Shown in pieces: positions 15,745 to 29,192 of a stretch of 64,000 bases of DNA (position 1 is its first letter; each line of letters starts with the position of its first letter). The position numbers were made by a program, and so were the translations under genes. The notes beneath the pieces are model-generated. The model made no database searches. It was not told the origin of the DNA and was given only the letters and a program-made list of their open reading frames with translations. The stretch comes from the human T2T-CHM13v2.0 reference genome, Homo sapiens: assembly GCF_009914755.1 (NCBI RefSeq), contig NC_060941.1. One strand, written 5' to 3'.

Positions 15745-16550
15745 CGGACGCCTACAGGTGCGTCCCACGGGGGATGGGGACACGGACGCCTGCAGGTGCA
15801 CCCCCACGGGGGGACGGGGACACGGACGCCTGCAGGTGCACCCCACGGGGAGGACGGAGACATGGATGCCTGCAGGTGCACCCCCACGGGGAGGACGGGG
15901 ACACAGACGCCTACAGGTGCACCCCCACGGGGGGGACGGGGACACAGACGCCTGCAGGTGCACCCCCACGGGGGGACGGGGACACGGATGCCTGCAGGTG
16001 CACCCCCACGGGGGGGACGGGGACACGGACGCCTGCAGGTGCACCCCCACGGGGGGACGGGGACACGGACGCCTGCAGGTGCACCCCACGGGGAGGACGG
16101 GGACACGGACGCCTGCAGGTGCACCCCCACGGGGGGGACGGGGACACGGACGCCTGCAGGTGCACCCCCACGGGAGGACGGGGACACGGACGCCTGCAGG
16201 TGCACCCCCACAGGAGAACGGGGACATGGATGCCTGAACGTGCACTCCCACAGGGAGGACGGGGACATGGACACCTGCAGGTGCACACCCACAGGGAGGA
16301 CGGGGACATGGACGCCTGCAGGTGCACCCCCATGGGGAGGACGGAGACACGGATGCCTGCAGGTGCACCCCCATGGGGAGGACGGGGACACAGACACCTG
16401 CAGGTGCACTCCCACGGGGGGGATGGGGACACAGACGCCTGCAGGTGCACTCCCACGGGGGGGACGGGGACATGGACGCCTGCAGGTGCACCCCCATGGG
16501 GGGGACGGGGACACAGACGCCTGCAGGTGCACCCCGGGGGGGAGGATGGG
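15745..16550. repeat. VNTR, about 38-40 bp unit, about 20 copies
   Basis: Unit ggacgcctgcaggtgcacccccacggggggacggggacac. Confidence 0.97.
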
Positions 16551-16906
16551 CTCCCCTTCTCCCTCTGTTGTCCCAGAGACAGCTCTGCCAAAAGCTTCCG
16601 TGTCCTGCGCTTTCCCAGACACAGCTTTTAAACCAGGATGCAGTAACCTGGAGCCAGTGTAGGTCAGGTGCAGATGCCCAGGGCACCCACAGCCTTCATG
16701 CAGAAACCCCCTGCTTTCAGCAAAACAACTAAGATGCTGGCAGGTGCCAGGAGGGGGCACCGGGAGGACCCTCAGGCAGGGGTTTCCTAAATCTGCAGAG
16801 CCCCGGAGGCACGGCAAGGCGGAGGGTGGCCAGTGTGCAGAGCCCACACACAGAGACAGGGCCCCGAACCTGGGGGAGGGACCTGATTCCCGCCTTCGGC
16901 CCTTAC

Positions 16907-17002
16907 CTGACCTCCCTCGTTAAAGGGGCCCACGTGGGAGAACCACGCTCGCGAGCAGAACCAGGTGGGCATGATCACCGTGGGGCCATTTGAGGTGAAA
17001 AC
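16907..17002 (-). CDS. B3GNTL1: B3GNTL1/QTGAL internal coding exon (96 nt, phase 0-0): [32 protein letters not shown]
   Basis: Acceptor CTTCTAG|GTT, donor CAG|GTAAGG. Overlaps ORF 16787..16978(-). The peptide matches the GT2-type core of B3GNTL1. Confidence 0.96.
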
Positions 17003-17224
17003 CTAGAAGCAATTAACGTTGACAGAGTTAGCGGAAAAGAACAGCTTGTCACAAACAACCTGCAGTTTATTTCCACAAAGTGTCACGAGAAAGTGACAGA
17101 TGAATCCGTGTCCCTTCTCCACAGGGTCAGGGCCTCAAGAGACTTCACCACGGGGCCGACGTGTCCCTTCTCCACAGGGACGGGGCTCAAGGGGCTTCAT
17201 GACGTGGCTGACGTGTCCCTTCTC

Positions 17225-17610
17225 CAGTGCTGTGATCATCACTCACTGTAGCCTTGACCTCCTCAAGCAATCCTCCTATCTCAGCCTCCCAGGTAGCTGG
17301 GACCACAGGCGTCTGCCACCACACCTGGCTGATTTTTACTTTTTTTTTTTTTTTGTAGAGATGTTTGTCACTCTGTTGCTCAGGCTGACCTCAAACCCCT
17401 GGCCTCAAGCGATCCTCCCACCTGAACCTCCCAAGCAGCTAGGACTATAGGCGCACACCACCGTGCCTGGCTATTTTCTTACATTTCTTTTGTAGAGATG
17501 GGGTCTCACTACACTGCTCAGGATGGTCTTAAACTCCCGGCCTCAAGCGATCCTCCCAGCTCAGCCTCCCAAAGTGCTGGGATTACAGGTGTGAGCCATC
17601 ATGCCTGGCT
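17225..17610 (-). mobile_element. Alu (AluJ-like) with three monomer arms
   Basis: Reverse Alu sequence with two T-rich linkers (about 17333-17354 and 17473-17490). Confidence 0.85.
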
Positions 17611-18345
17611 CAACGGAGATTCTAAAATGTATATAGAAACACAAAGGACCTAGGAGAGCCAGCACAATTTTGAAAACCATGAACAAAGTTGAAGTTTCAT
17701 GACTGTATTTCAAGATTTACTACAAAGCTATGGTGATCAAGGTTGATTGGTATCAGCTTATGGGCAGACAGACAAACGGAACAGAACAGAGACCAGAAGC
17801 AGAGCCGCCTGGCTGGGGTTTGATGTTTGCTGAAGACATCAGGGGCGTCAGTGGTGGAAATGAGAGATGGCGCTGGAACCACTGGTGTCCTTACAAACCA
17901 TGGCCCTCAACCCTTGCCTCAGGCTCCAAACACAAAGCCCCAGCCTCAGACCGGACCTCAGTGAGCTGAACACAAAAGAGGCAACGAGCTCATCCAGGGA
18001 GAACATTCGTGATTATGGGGTAGGCAAAGGTTTCTCAGGTAAGAAGAGGCACAAATCACAGCAGAAGACATGGATAAACCAGATGCCACCAAAGTCAAAT
18101 ATTTGGTTCTTTGAAAGATCCTGCAAAGAAAACGAAAAGATAATCCAGGCTGGGACAAAACATTTGCAATAAGTGCGTTTCACTGAGGATGTACGTTCGG
18201 CGAACACTAAGTACCCTCAGCACCCATTAATAAGAAGACAGGCAATGAGTTAAAGATGGGAGAAGGGCTGAAAACACTTCCTCAGACGTAAATTAGTCAG
18301 GTCGTGAAAACGTGCTCTATGTGACTAGTCATCAGGGAAATGAGT
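17611..18345 (+). mobile_element. Old L1M fragment (ORF2 3' region)
   Basis: Degenerate L1 motifs: ttctaaaatgtatatagaaa, caagatttactacaaagcta, ggtaggcaaaggtttctca. Confidence 0.65.
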
Positions 18346-18920
18346 TTTCGGTAGGGAAGTCCACCTAACGGCCTCATCTGAACTTTGCATCTGCAAAGAC
18401 CTTGTTTCCAAACAACGCCCACATTCTGAGATTGGGGGTGAGGACACCAACATATCATTTTGGGGGGACACCATGGAGCCCACGACATTTTCACTTCTTG
18501 GGTGGCTGAAGTGATGTTTTCCTATAACTGACACTGAGATTACGCCAGCATCTGTACGTTCCTGGAGGTGCTGTGTGTGTGAACCCGCAGGTCAGGCAGA
18601 GACACAATGGCTGAGAACCATCGTGTAACACAGCCTCGTCTCACTGTGGATCCCTTTGAAGCCTAAAGACTTTCTGCTTCTCGTCCATCCTGAGGAAGGT
18701 CGCTGGTTAAGACAAGTCCTCATCAGCACAGTGGCCCTCACCTGGGGCTGATTTGTCCCCAGGAACATTTGTTTGGAGACGTTCGGGGCTGTCACACTGC
18801 GGGGGTGGGGGTGCTACGTGCATCTGGTTGCAGATTCCAGAGACAGAGAAATAAAATTCGAACTGCAATGAAATACCATTGCACCCTCTAGGACTGTTAC
18901 AATTTTAAAAACTGAAAATA

Positions 18921-19220
18921 AGGCACAGTGACTCACACCTGTAATCCCAGCACTTTGGGAGTCCGAGGCGGGAGAATCGCTTGAGCCCAGGACTCTGAGA
19001 CCAGCCTGGGCAACTCTACAAATAATAATAATAAAGTAGCTGGGCAAGGTGATGCTCCCCTGTAGGCCCAGCTACTCAGGAGGCTGAGGTGGGAGGATCC
19101 TTTGAGCTCCGGAAGTCAAGGGTGCAGTGAGCTGTGATCGCACCACAGCACTCACTCCAGCCTGGGCGACAGAAGGAGACCCTGTCTCTTAAAATATAAA
19201 AAGTAAAAATAAAAATAAAC
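18921..19220 (+). mobile_element. Alu (AluJ-like)
   Basis: Dimeric Alu with a decayed A-tail. Confidence 0.9.
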
Positions 19221-19614
19221 ACTGACAGTACCAAGTAAAAATCTTACATAACGCTGAAGGGAAGGAAAAACAGTATAAACACTTTGCAGAGCAGGCAGGC
19301 TCTTAGAGAGTTAAACACAGACTTCCACGCAGCCAGCCGTTCCAGTCCTAGACATTTACCCAAGAAAAATGCAAACACACGTCCATCCGGCACCATCCAT
19401 GTGTGTTCACGGCAGCCCCAGCACCCGTCCCCGTGTGTTCACGGCAGTCCCAGCACCGTCCCCGTGTGTGTTCACGGCAGCTCCACGCACAGCAGCCCCA
19501 GACTGGAGGCCCCCAAATGTCCGTCAACAGTGAATGGATAAGCCCTGTGGTGCCCGTACCACGAGTCCAGTGGAGCCCTCACCAGCAAACAAGGGAACAA
19601 ACTGCCGGTCAGGG

Positions 19615-19830
19615 CAGCACAGATGTCTGTCGGCAACAGGGAAGGGAGGCAGTCACCAGTGTGCACGGTGCACAGATGTCTGTCAGCAACAGTGAAGGGA
19701 GGCAGTAACCAGTGTGCATGGTGCACAGATGTCTGTCGGCAACAGGGAAGGGAGGCCAGTCACCAGTGTGCACGGTGCACAGATGTCTGTCGGCAACAGG
19801 GAAGGGAGGCAGTCACCAGTGTGCACAGTG
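19615..19830. repeat. About 54-bp tandem repeat x4 within an old L1 3' remnant
   Basis: gcacagatgtctgtcggcaacagggaagggaggcagtcaccagtgtgcacggt repeated. Confidence 0.9.
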
Positions 19831-19966
19831 TGACCCCACTTACACAAAACCCTAAAAAGTGGGAACCTAACCTAACCTGCAGGGACAGACGTCGCATCTG
19901 TGGGCGCCTAAGGCTGAGGGTGCCTGGGCCTGACTGCAAAGGCATAGCCTTAAAATTTGTCTTGTT

Positions 19967-20804
<838 letters not shown>

Positions 20805-20820
20805 TAAATAAAAATTTTAA

Positions 20821-21343
<523 letters not shown>

Positions 21344-21810
21344 TAACGCAGTTCTATGGGATAACTTCGAGCAACCTACGTTTCGCACATCAAAGCTTTG
21401 GTGCTTCTGCGTCGTGACAGGTGGGTGCCTGTCACGCAGGGTGCCCCCTGGGACATCAGGAAGAGCCCCGAGGGGGTCCTGGAAGCCAGGCCAGCCAAGG
21501 CCACAGCACCTGGTGCCAGTTCCAGGCAGGGGGCTTGGCACATCCGTGAATACCCCACGGGCCCCGAGGCCCCCTGAGAGGCTGCAGTTTCCAGCAAATG
21601 TGAAACATCTGCCCGGACAAATACAGCCTTCCCTCAACCCTCAGAAAAACGGATTTCACGATTACAAAGCAACCATTTAGCTTCCTGTTCTCAACTTTTG
21701 CTTGCTGAAAAATCCAGAGGCATTTTCTGGCAGGTTGACTCTGCAGCCAGACACCTGGAGCTTCTGCCGTTTGCACGGTGGTGAGGACGACCTGAGAAAA
21801 CAAACACAGG

Positions 21811-22289
21811 TCCTCCGCACACAGCGTGGCCGCGACCTCCGCACCCAGCGTGGACTGACCTCCGCACACAGCGTGGCCGCGACCTCCGCACCCAGCGTGG
21901 CCGCGACCTCCGCACCCAGCGTGGCCGCGACCTCCCCACCCAGCGTGGCCGCGACCTCCGCACCCAGCGTGGCCGCGACCTCCGCACCCAGCGTGGCCGC
22001 GACCTCCGCACCCAGCGTGGCCGCGACCTCCCCACCCAGCGTGGCCGCGACCTCCGCACCCAGCGTGGCCGCGACCTCCCCACCCAGCGTGGCCGCGACC
22101 TCCGCACCCAGCGTGGACTGACCTCCGCACCCAGCGTGGCCGTGACCTCCGCACCCAGCGTGGCCGCGACCTCCCCACCCAGCGTGGCCGTGACCTCCGC
22201 ACCCAGTGTGGCCGTGACCTCCGCACCCAGTGTGGCTGTGACCTCTGCACATGGCGTGGCCGTGACCTCCGCACCCAGTGTGGCCGTGA
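21811..22289. repeat. CpG-rich VNTR, 24-bp unit, about 20 copies
   Basis: Unit cagcgtggccgcgacctccgcacc. Confidence 0.97.
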
Positions 22290-23167
22290 TGCGAGGCCTC
22301 TGCACACGGTGGCTGTGCCCTGGTCACGTGGCCGAAGCCCTGGAGCTGTGGCAGGTCCTCCGTGGGCTGTGAGTGTGAAATACACATGACATTCTGGAGA
22401 CTTGGTACAGGAAAAAGAATGTAAAATGTCACTGATAGGACATTTGGCTCATGCTTCTGGTTGGGGTATGTCCAAGACCGGGCAGCTGCCTTTGCGGGGG
22501 GCCTCAGGCTGCTTTAACCCGGGTGGAGAGCGGAAGGCAGTGGTGTACGCAGAGAGCATGTGGCAAGGGAGGACGCAGGAGAGAAACCGAGGCAGCCGGG
22601 TCCGTTCCACAGGTCGGCGTCGTGGGGCGCAGTGCGTTCCTGCGAGGGCTCACTCAGCGCTGTGGGAGGCATTCATCCGTGCACAAGGGGTCCCCTCGAG
22701 ACCCCAGCACCTCCCACACAGCCACGCTGGGGGTCAAATTTCAACGTTTCACGGGGACAAACCACATCCAAACCACGGCAATTATATCCAGGCCGGTCTG
22801 TGCTCACGGGACGTTTCTATCGGACAGAATTACGCATCTGTCTGCAAAACAGCTCAATCCATTCTTTAGTGACAACGATCCAGAAACAAGAGCATAAGGA
22901 CGCGCACAGACACCGTGAGGACGGAGCAGGGACACGGGCTCCGCCAGCTCCAGGGAGGGGCTCAGTCAGCACAGAGCACTAGGGGCTGCACCTGAACTGC
23001 CAGGCGCCCGGCGAGTCCTCCAAGCATGGGCAAGCGCTGGGGTGGGGGCAGCTCCGTGGCAGCGACTGGGGCCAGCCACGCGCCGTCTCCTCCCTGGGGC
23101 CTCCGAGTGGGAAACCAAGGCGAGGACCAGCAGAAAGGAAGGCTGGGAAGGAGGCGTGGGGGCTACT

Positions 23168-25256
23168 GTGCCAACCACACCACACCACAGGGGCCAGAAG
23201 GACCCGGTGCCGACCACACCACACCACAGGGGCCAGAAGGACCTGGTGCCGACCACACCACACCACAGGGGCCAGAAGGACCCGGTGCCGACCACACCAC
23301 ACCACAGGGGCCAGAAGGACCCGGTACTGACCACACCACACCACAGGGGCCAGAAGGACCTGGTACTGACCACACCACACCACAGGGGCCAGAAGGACCT
23401 GGTACTGACCACACCACACCACAGGGGCCAGAAGGACCTGGTGCCGACCACACCACACCACAGGGGCCACAAGGACCTGGTGCCGACCACACCACACCAC
23501 AGGGGCCAGAAGGACCTGGTGCCGACCACACCACACCACAGGGGCCAGAAGGACCTGGTGCCGACCACACCACACCACAGGGGCCAGAAGGACCTGGTGC
23601 CGACCACACCACACCACAGGGGCCAGAAGGACCTGGTGCCGACCACACCACACCACAGGGGCTAGAAGGACCTGGTGCCGACACACCACACCACAGGGGC
23701 CAGAAGGACCTGGTGCCGACCACACCACACCACGGGCCAGAAGGACCTGGAGCCGACACACCACACCAGGGGCCAGAAGGACCTGGTGCCCACCACACCA
23801 CACCACAGGGGCCAGAAGGACCTGGTACTGACCACACCACACCACAGGGGCTAGAAGGACCTGGTGCCGACCACACCACACCATGGGCCAGAAGGACCTG
23901 GTGCCGACCACACCACACCACAGGGGCCAGAAGGACCTGGTGCCGACCACACCACACCACAGGGGCCAGAAGGACCTGGTACTGACCACACCACACCACA
24001 GGGGCCAGAAGGACCTGGTGCCGGCCACACCACACCACAGGGGCTAGAAGGACCTGGTGCCGACCACACCACACCACGGGCCAGAAGGACCTGGAGCCGA
24101 CCACACCACACCACAGGGGCCAGAAGGACCTGGTGCCGACCACACCACACCACAGGGGCCAGAAGGACCTGGTGCCGACCACACCACACCACAGGGGCCA
24201 GAAGGACCTGGTGCCCACCACACCACACCACAGGGGCCAGAAGGACCTGGTGCCGACCACACCACACCACAGGGGCCAGAAGGACCTGGTGCCGACCACA
24301 CCACACCACAGGGGCCAGAAGGACCTGGTGCCGACCACACCACACCACAGGGGCCAGAAGGACCTGGTGCCGACCACACCACACCACAGGGGCTAGAAGG
24401 ACCTGGTGCTGACCACACCACACCACAGGGGCTAGAAGGACCTGGTGCCGACACACCACACCATGGGCCAGAAGGACCTGGTGCCGACCACACCACACCA
24501 CAGGGGATAGAAGGACCTGGTGCCGACCACAGCACACCACAGGGGCCAGAAGGACCTGGTACTGACCACACCACACCACAGGGGCCAGAAGGACCTGGTG
24601 CCGACCACACCACACCACAGGGGCCAGAAGGACCTGGTACTGACCACACCACACCACAGGGGATAGAAGGACCCAGTACTGACCACACCACACCACAGGG
24701 GCTAGAAGGACCTGGTGCCGACCACAGCACACCACAGGGGCTAGAAGGACCTGGTGCTGACCACACCACACCACAGGGGCTAGAAGGACCTGGTGCCGAC
24801 ACACCACACCATGGGCCAGAAGGACCTGGTGCCGACCACACCACACCACAGGGGATAGAAGGACCTGGTACTGACCACACCACACCACGGGCCAGAAGGA
24901 CCTGGTGCCGACACACCACACCATGGGCCAGAAGGACCTGGTGCCCACCACACCACACTCATAGGGGCCAGAAGGACCCGGTACTGACCACACCACACCA
25001 CAGGGGCCAGAAGGACCTGGTACTGACCACACCACACCACAGGGGATAGAAGGACCCAGTACTGACCACACCACACCACAGGGGCTAGAAGGACCTGGTG
25101 CCGACCACAGCACACCACAGGGGCTAGAAGGACCTGGTGCCGACCACACCACACTCATAGGGGCCAGAAGGACCCGGTACTGACCACACCACACCACAGG
25201 GGCCAGAAGGACCCGGTACTGACCACACCACACTCATAGGGGCCAGAAGGACCTGG
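23168..25256. repeat. VNTR, 39-bp unit, about 53 copies
   Basis: Unit gaccacaccacaccacaggggccagaaggacctggtgcc. Gives a 13-aa periodicity in the ORF track. Confidence 0.98.
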
Positions 25257-27164
25257 GGCTGTGAGCGGAAGGGGCTGGAGAGTTCTGGAACGCTTCCCCG
25301 AAGGAGGGGGCCCCTGTGTCACACACAGCACGGAGCTCTGATGCCTTCGTGTGCTCCCGCGGCTGCCAGCCTGGACAGGGCCATGTGCACAGCCTTGGGG
25401 CCACCGCCCACTCACAAGCCCAGGCCTGGGGCTCACACAGGACAGAAAATGGAAGCACAGACACTGTACCGAGACCAAAGGAACCGAAAGGAGAAAAGGG
25501 CAAACCCACAATGAAAGCTGGAGACGCCCTGGTGGTCTGTTAACAGGAGGACGAGTAGACACAAAGCAAATAACGACTCTGAAGATTGAAAACACCTGTG
25601 ACCATCTGTGGGTTTTTCAATTTCATGATTGATAATTGATTAGAGCGAGGTAAAATCACTGAGCTATGAAGGACAAACTTTTAAGGAAAAGAAACACGGA
25701 GATACGGAACTGATAACATTTCAGTCTTTCATATAGACCAGGCCGGTTTTCACGGTCTTCCCGGGGAGCAGCGCTCCTGAGAATGGAAAAGGAGATGAAA
25801 AGCTTTTTCCAGCAGCACATGACGCCCGGGCAGGATTGGAGTCCGGCTCTCACCTGGCACCTGGTCCTTGGGTGTCGTGGAGGCAGGCGGGGTGGGGTGG
25901 GGGTGGACTCAGCCTCTTCCTGCTCCTGGGACACAGGAGGGAACCTGGTGCAACCGAAGCCTACACCGCGGGAACCACACACTGAGTTCGGAGCCGGCTA
26001 AGAAGTTACCTGCGTGTAGTTGTAAGCGTCAAACGAGCGGGCACAGAGCAGCCAGCACCCTTGAATCTTACAAACAGTCGGACTGGGTCCCAGAGAGGTG
26101 ACCCAAAGGGGATGGAGCTCAGGGGCTCTCAGGCAGTGGCCCCACAATGGCGCTGGGGCTGCTAAGAGATGCCTTAGGATTCAGCTCCTCTCCCGTGTGG
26201 ACAGGAGAGAGTGGCAGAGACCCAGGTGGGCCCCGTGTACCTGTGTGTTCCCACCCCGCCTGCCACTGACCAGCAAGCAGCCCAGCCCCTTGCCCCATGG
26301 GGCGCGTTTCACCGTGGGTCGAGAGGGTGTCGTGGACCAGCACTCCACGCTCCGTGGGCGACTGCCACTGCAGTGCTGTTTCTGCCCCTCGGAGAGTTCT
26401 CCTGCCCCTTGGGCCTCCCTGCCTCCAGTCTTAGCCGGTTCCAGGCTGTCCTCTACGGAGCTGGCAGAAGGTCCCACTTCCACTCTCCTGGTCCTCCCTG
26501 GCTCCTCATCAACCCTCAGCACCAAGCGTGGGCCCCACAGGTTTGGGGAACGCGTGCTGACTGAGGCCGCCCGGGTGGCCGGCGCTGACAAGCTGACCCT
26601 GGACACTGTGCGTGACAACCACACAGGCCCCCTGAGGTGAAGGACGAGCTTGGCTGAACGCTGGCCGCCTCGAGCAGAGGCCCAGGGCCCAGAGGTGGCT
26701 CAGTCTCAGCAGAACACAGCTGCCCTCAGGAGCTGCCCGCAAAGCAGCCAGCAGATTCAGGCGGGGCGGAGTCAGGGCGGACTTGGTGCCTCCCCAAGGG
26801 GTCAGGCAGAGCTGCGTCCCCTCGTGAGGGACAGGAGTGAGGCAGGAGGCTGCCAGCTGCCTGTTCCCATCCTGATCATATTTGCGGAGTGAGCTCAGGC
26901 TGTAAATGACCCTCTGACTGCTTGTGTGTGGGGATCCACCCAGGGTCTAATCAGCACATTCACCCCCCACAGCGGGTGTCCCTGGCCCCACATCAAGGCT
27001 GAGGGTGTGGGGGGCCACATTCCCTTCCAGTCTGAACTGGACCCTGGGGGTGAGCTGGGTCCCCCCCACAGCTTGGAACAGCGGCAGGAGGCACAGGCAG
27101 GCTGGGAACCAGTGTCTGCACGGCGCAGACAGGCACAGGTGGAAGCAGGCAAAGAACGTGGGGC

Positions 27165-29192
27165 TGGGACAGAGCCCGACTCCATCCTCCCAGGGGCCGG
27201 AGGCCACTTATGGGGAACCAGGGCCCCAGGACAGAGCCGGACTCCATCCTCCCAGGGACCGGAGGCCACTATGGAGAGTCAGGGCCCCGGGACAGAGCCG
27301 GACTCCATCCTCCCAGGGGCCGGAGGCCACTTATGGGGAACCAGGGCCCCAGGACAGAGCCCGACTCCATCCTCCCAGGGACCAGAGGCCACTATGGAGA
27401 GTCAGGGCCCCGGGACAGAGCCGGACTCCATCCTCCCAGGGGCCGGAGGCCACTTATGGGGAACGAGGGCCCCGGGACAGAGCCGGACTCCATCCTCCCA
27501 GGGACCAGAGGCCACTATGGAGAGTCAGGGCCCCGGGACAGAGCCGGACTCCATCCTCCCAGGGGCCGGAGGCCACTTATGGGGAACGAGGGCCCCGGGA
27601 CAGAGCCGGACTCCATCCTCCCAGGGACCAGAGGCCACTATGGAGAGTCAGGGCCCCGGGACAGAGCCGGACTCCATCCTCCCAGGGACCAGAGGCCACT
27701 ATGGAGAGTCAGGGCCCCGGGACAGAGCCGGACTCCATCCTCCCAGGGGCTGGAGGCCACTTATGGGGAACGAGGGCCCCGGGACAGAGCCGAACTCCAT
27801 CCTCCCAGGGACCAGAGGCCACTATGGAGAGTCAGGGCCCCGGGACAGAGCCGGACTCCATCCTCCCAGGGACCAGAGGCCACTATGGAGAGTCAGGGCC
27901 CCGGGACAGAGCCGGACTCCATCCTCCCAGGGACCAGAGGCCACTATGGAGAGTCAGGGCCCCGGGACAGAGCCGGACTCCATCCTCCCAGGGACCAGAG
28001 GCCACTATGGAGAGTCAGGGCCCCGGGACAGAGCCGGACTCCATCCTCCCAGGGACCAGAGGCCACTATGGGGAACGAGGGCCCCGGGACAGAGCCGGAC
28101 TCCATCCTCCCAGGGGCCGGAGGCCACTTATGGGGAAACAGGGCCCCAGGACAGAGCCCGACTCCATCCTCCCAGGGGCCGGAGGCCACTTATGGGGAAC
28201 GAGGGCCCCGGGACAGAGCCAGACTCCATCCTCCCAGGGACCAGAGGCCACTATGGAGAGTCAGGGCCCCGGGACAGAGCCGGACTCCATCCTCCCAGGG
28301 GCTGGAGGCCACTTATGGGGAACGAGGGCCCCGGGACAGAGCCGGACTCCATCCTCCCAGGGGCTGGAGGCCACTTATGGGGAAACAGGGCCCCAGGACA
28401 GAGCCCGACTCCATCCTCCCAGGGGCCGGAGGCCACTTATGGGGAACGAGGGCCCTGGGACAGAGCCAGACTCCATCCTCCCAGGGACCAGAGGCCACTA
28501 TGGAGAGTCAGGGCCCCGGGACAGAGCCGGACTCCATCCTCCCAGGGACCAGAGGCCACTTATGGGGAAACAGGGCCCCAGGACAGAGCCGGATTCCATC
28601 CTCCCAGGGGCTGGAGGCCACTTATGGGGAACGAGGGCCCCGGGACAGAGCCGGACTCCATCCTCCCAGGGACCAGAGGCCACTATGGAGAGTCAGGGCC
28701 CCGGGACAGAGCCGGACTCCATCCTCCCAGGGACCAGAGGCCACTATGGAGAGTCAGGGCCCCGGGACAGAGCCGGACTCCATCCTCCCAGGGGCCAGAG
28801 GCCACTTATGGGGAAACAGGGCCCCAGGACAGAGCCCGACTCCATCCTCCCAGGGGCCGGAGGCCACTTACGGGGAACAAGGGCCCCGGGACAGAGCCGG
28901 ACTCCATCCTCCCAGGGACCAGAGGCCACTATGGAGAGTCAGGGCCCCGGGACAGAGCCGGACTCCATCCTCCCAGGGACCAGAGGCCACTATGGAGAGT
29001 CAGGGCCCCGGGACAGAGCCGGACTCCATCCTCCCAGGGACCAGAGGCCACTATGGAGAGTCAGGGCCCCGGGACAGAGCCGGACTCCATCCTCCCAGGG
29101 ACCAGAGGCCACTATGGAGAGTCAGGGCCCCGGGACAGAGCCGAACTCCATCCTCCCAGGGGCCGGAGGCCACCGTCAGGGAGTCAGGGCCC
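27165..29192. repeat. VNTR, 61/62-bp units of two main types, about 33 copies
   Basis: Shared core gggacagagccggactccatcctcccaggg followed by either gccggaggccacttatggggaacgagggcccc or accagaggccactatggagagtcagggcccc. Confidence 0.98.

Noticed and set aside
15732-16847. Cys/Pro-rich ORFs resembling keratin-associated or metallothionein-like proteins
   Set aside because: VNTR artefacts, open in all six frames.
22966-25233. Collagen- or mucin-like repetitive ORFs (GPEGPGADHTTPQ etc.)
   Set aside because: They are 39-bp VNTR artefacts. The Gly periodicity is not continuous Gly-X-Y, and frames shift at variant units.
23168-29192. CRISPR-like appearance of the regular repeats
   Set aside because: There are no unique spacers and no cas genes, and the context is primate genomic DNA. 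These are head-to-tail minisatellites.
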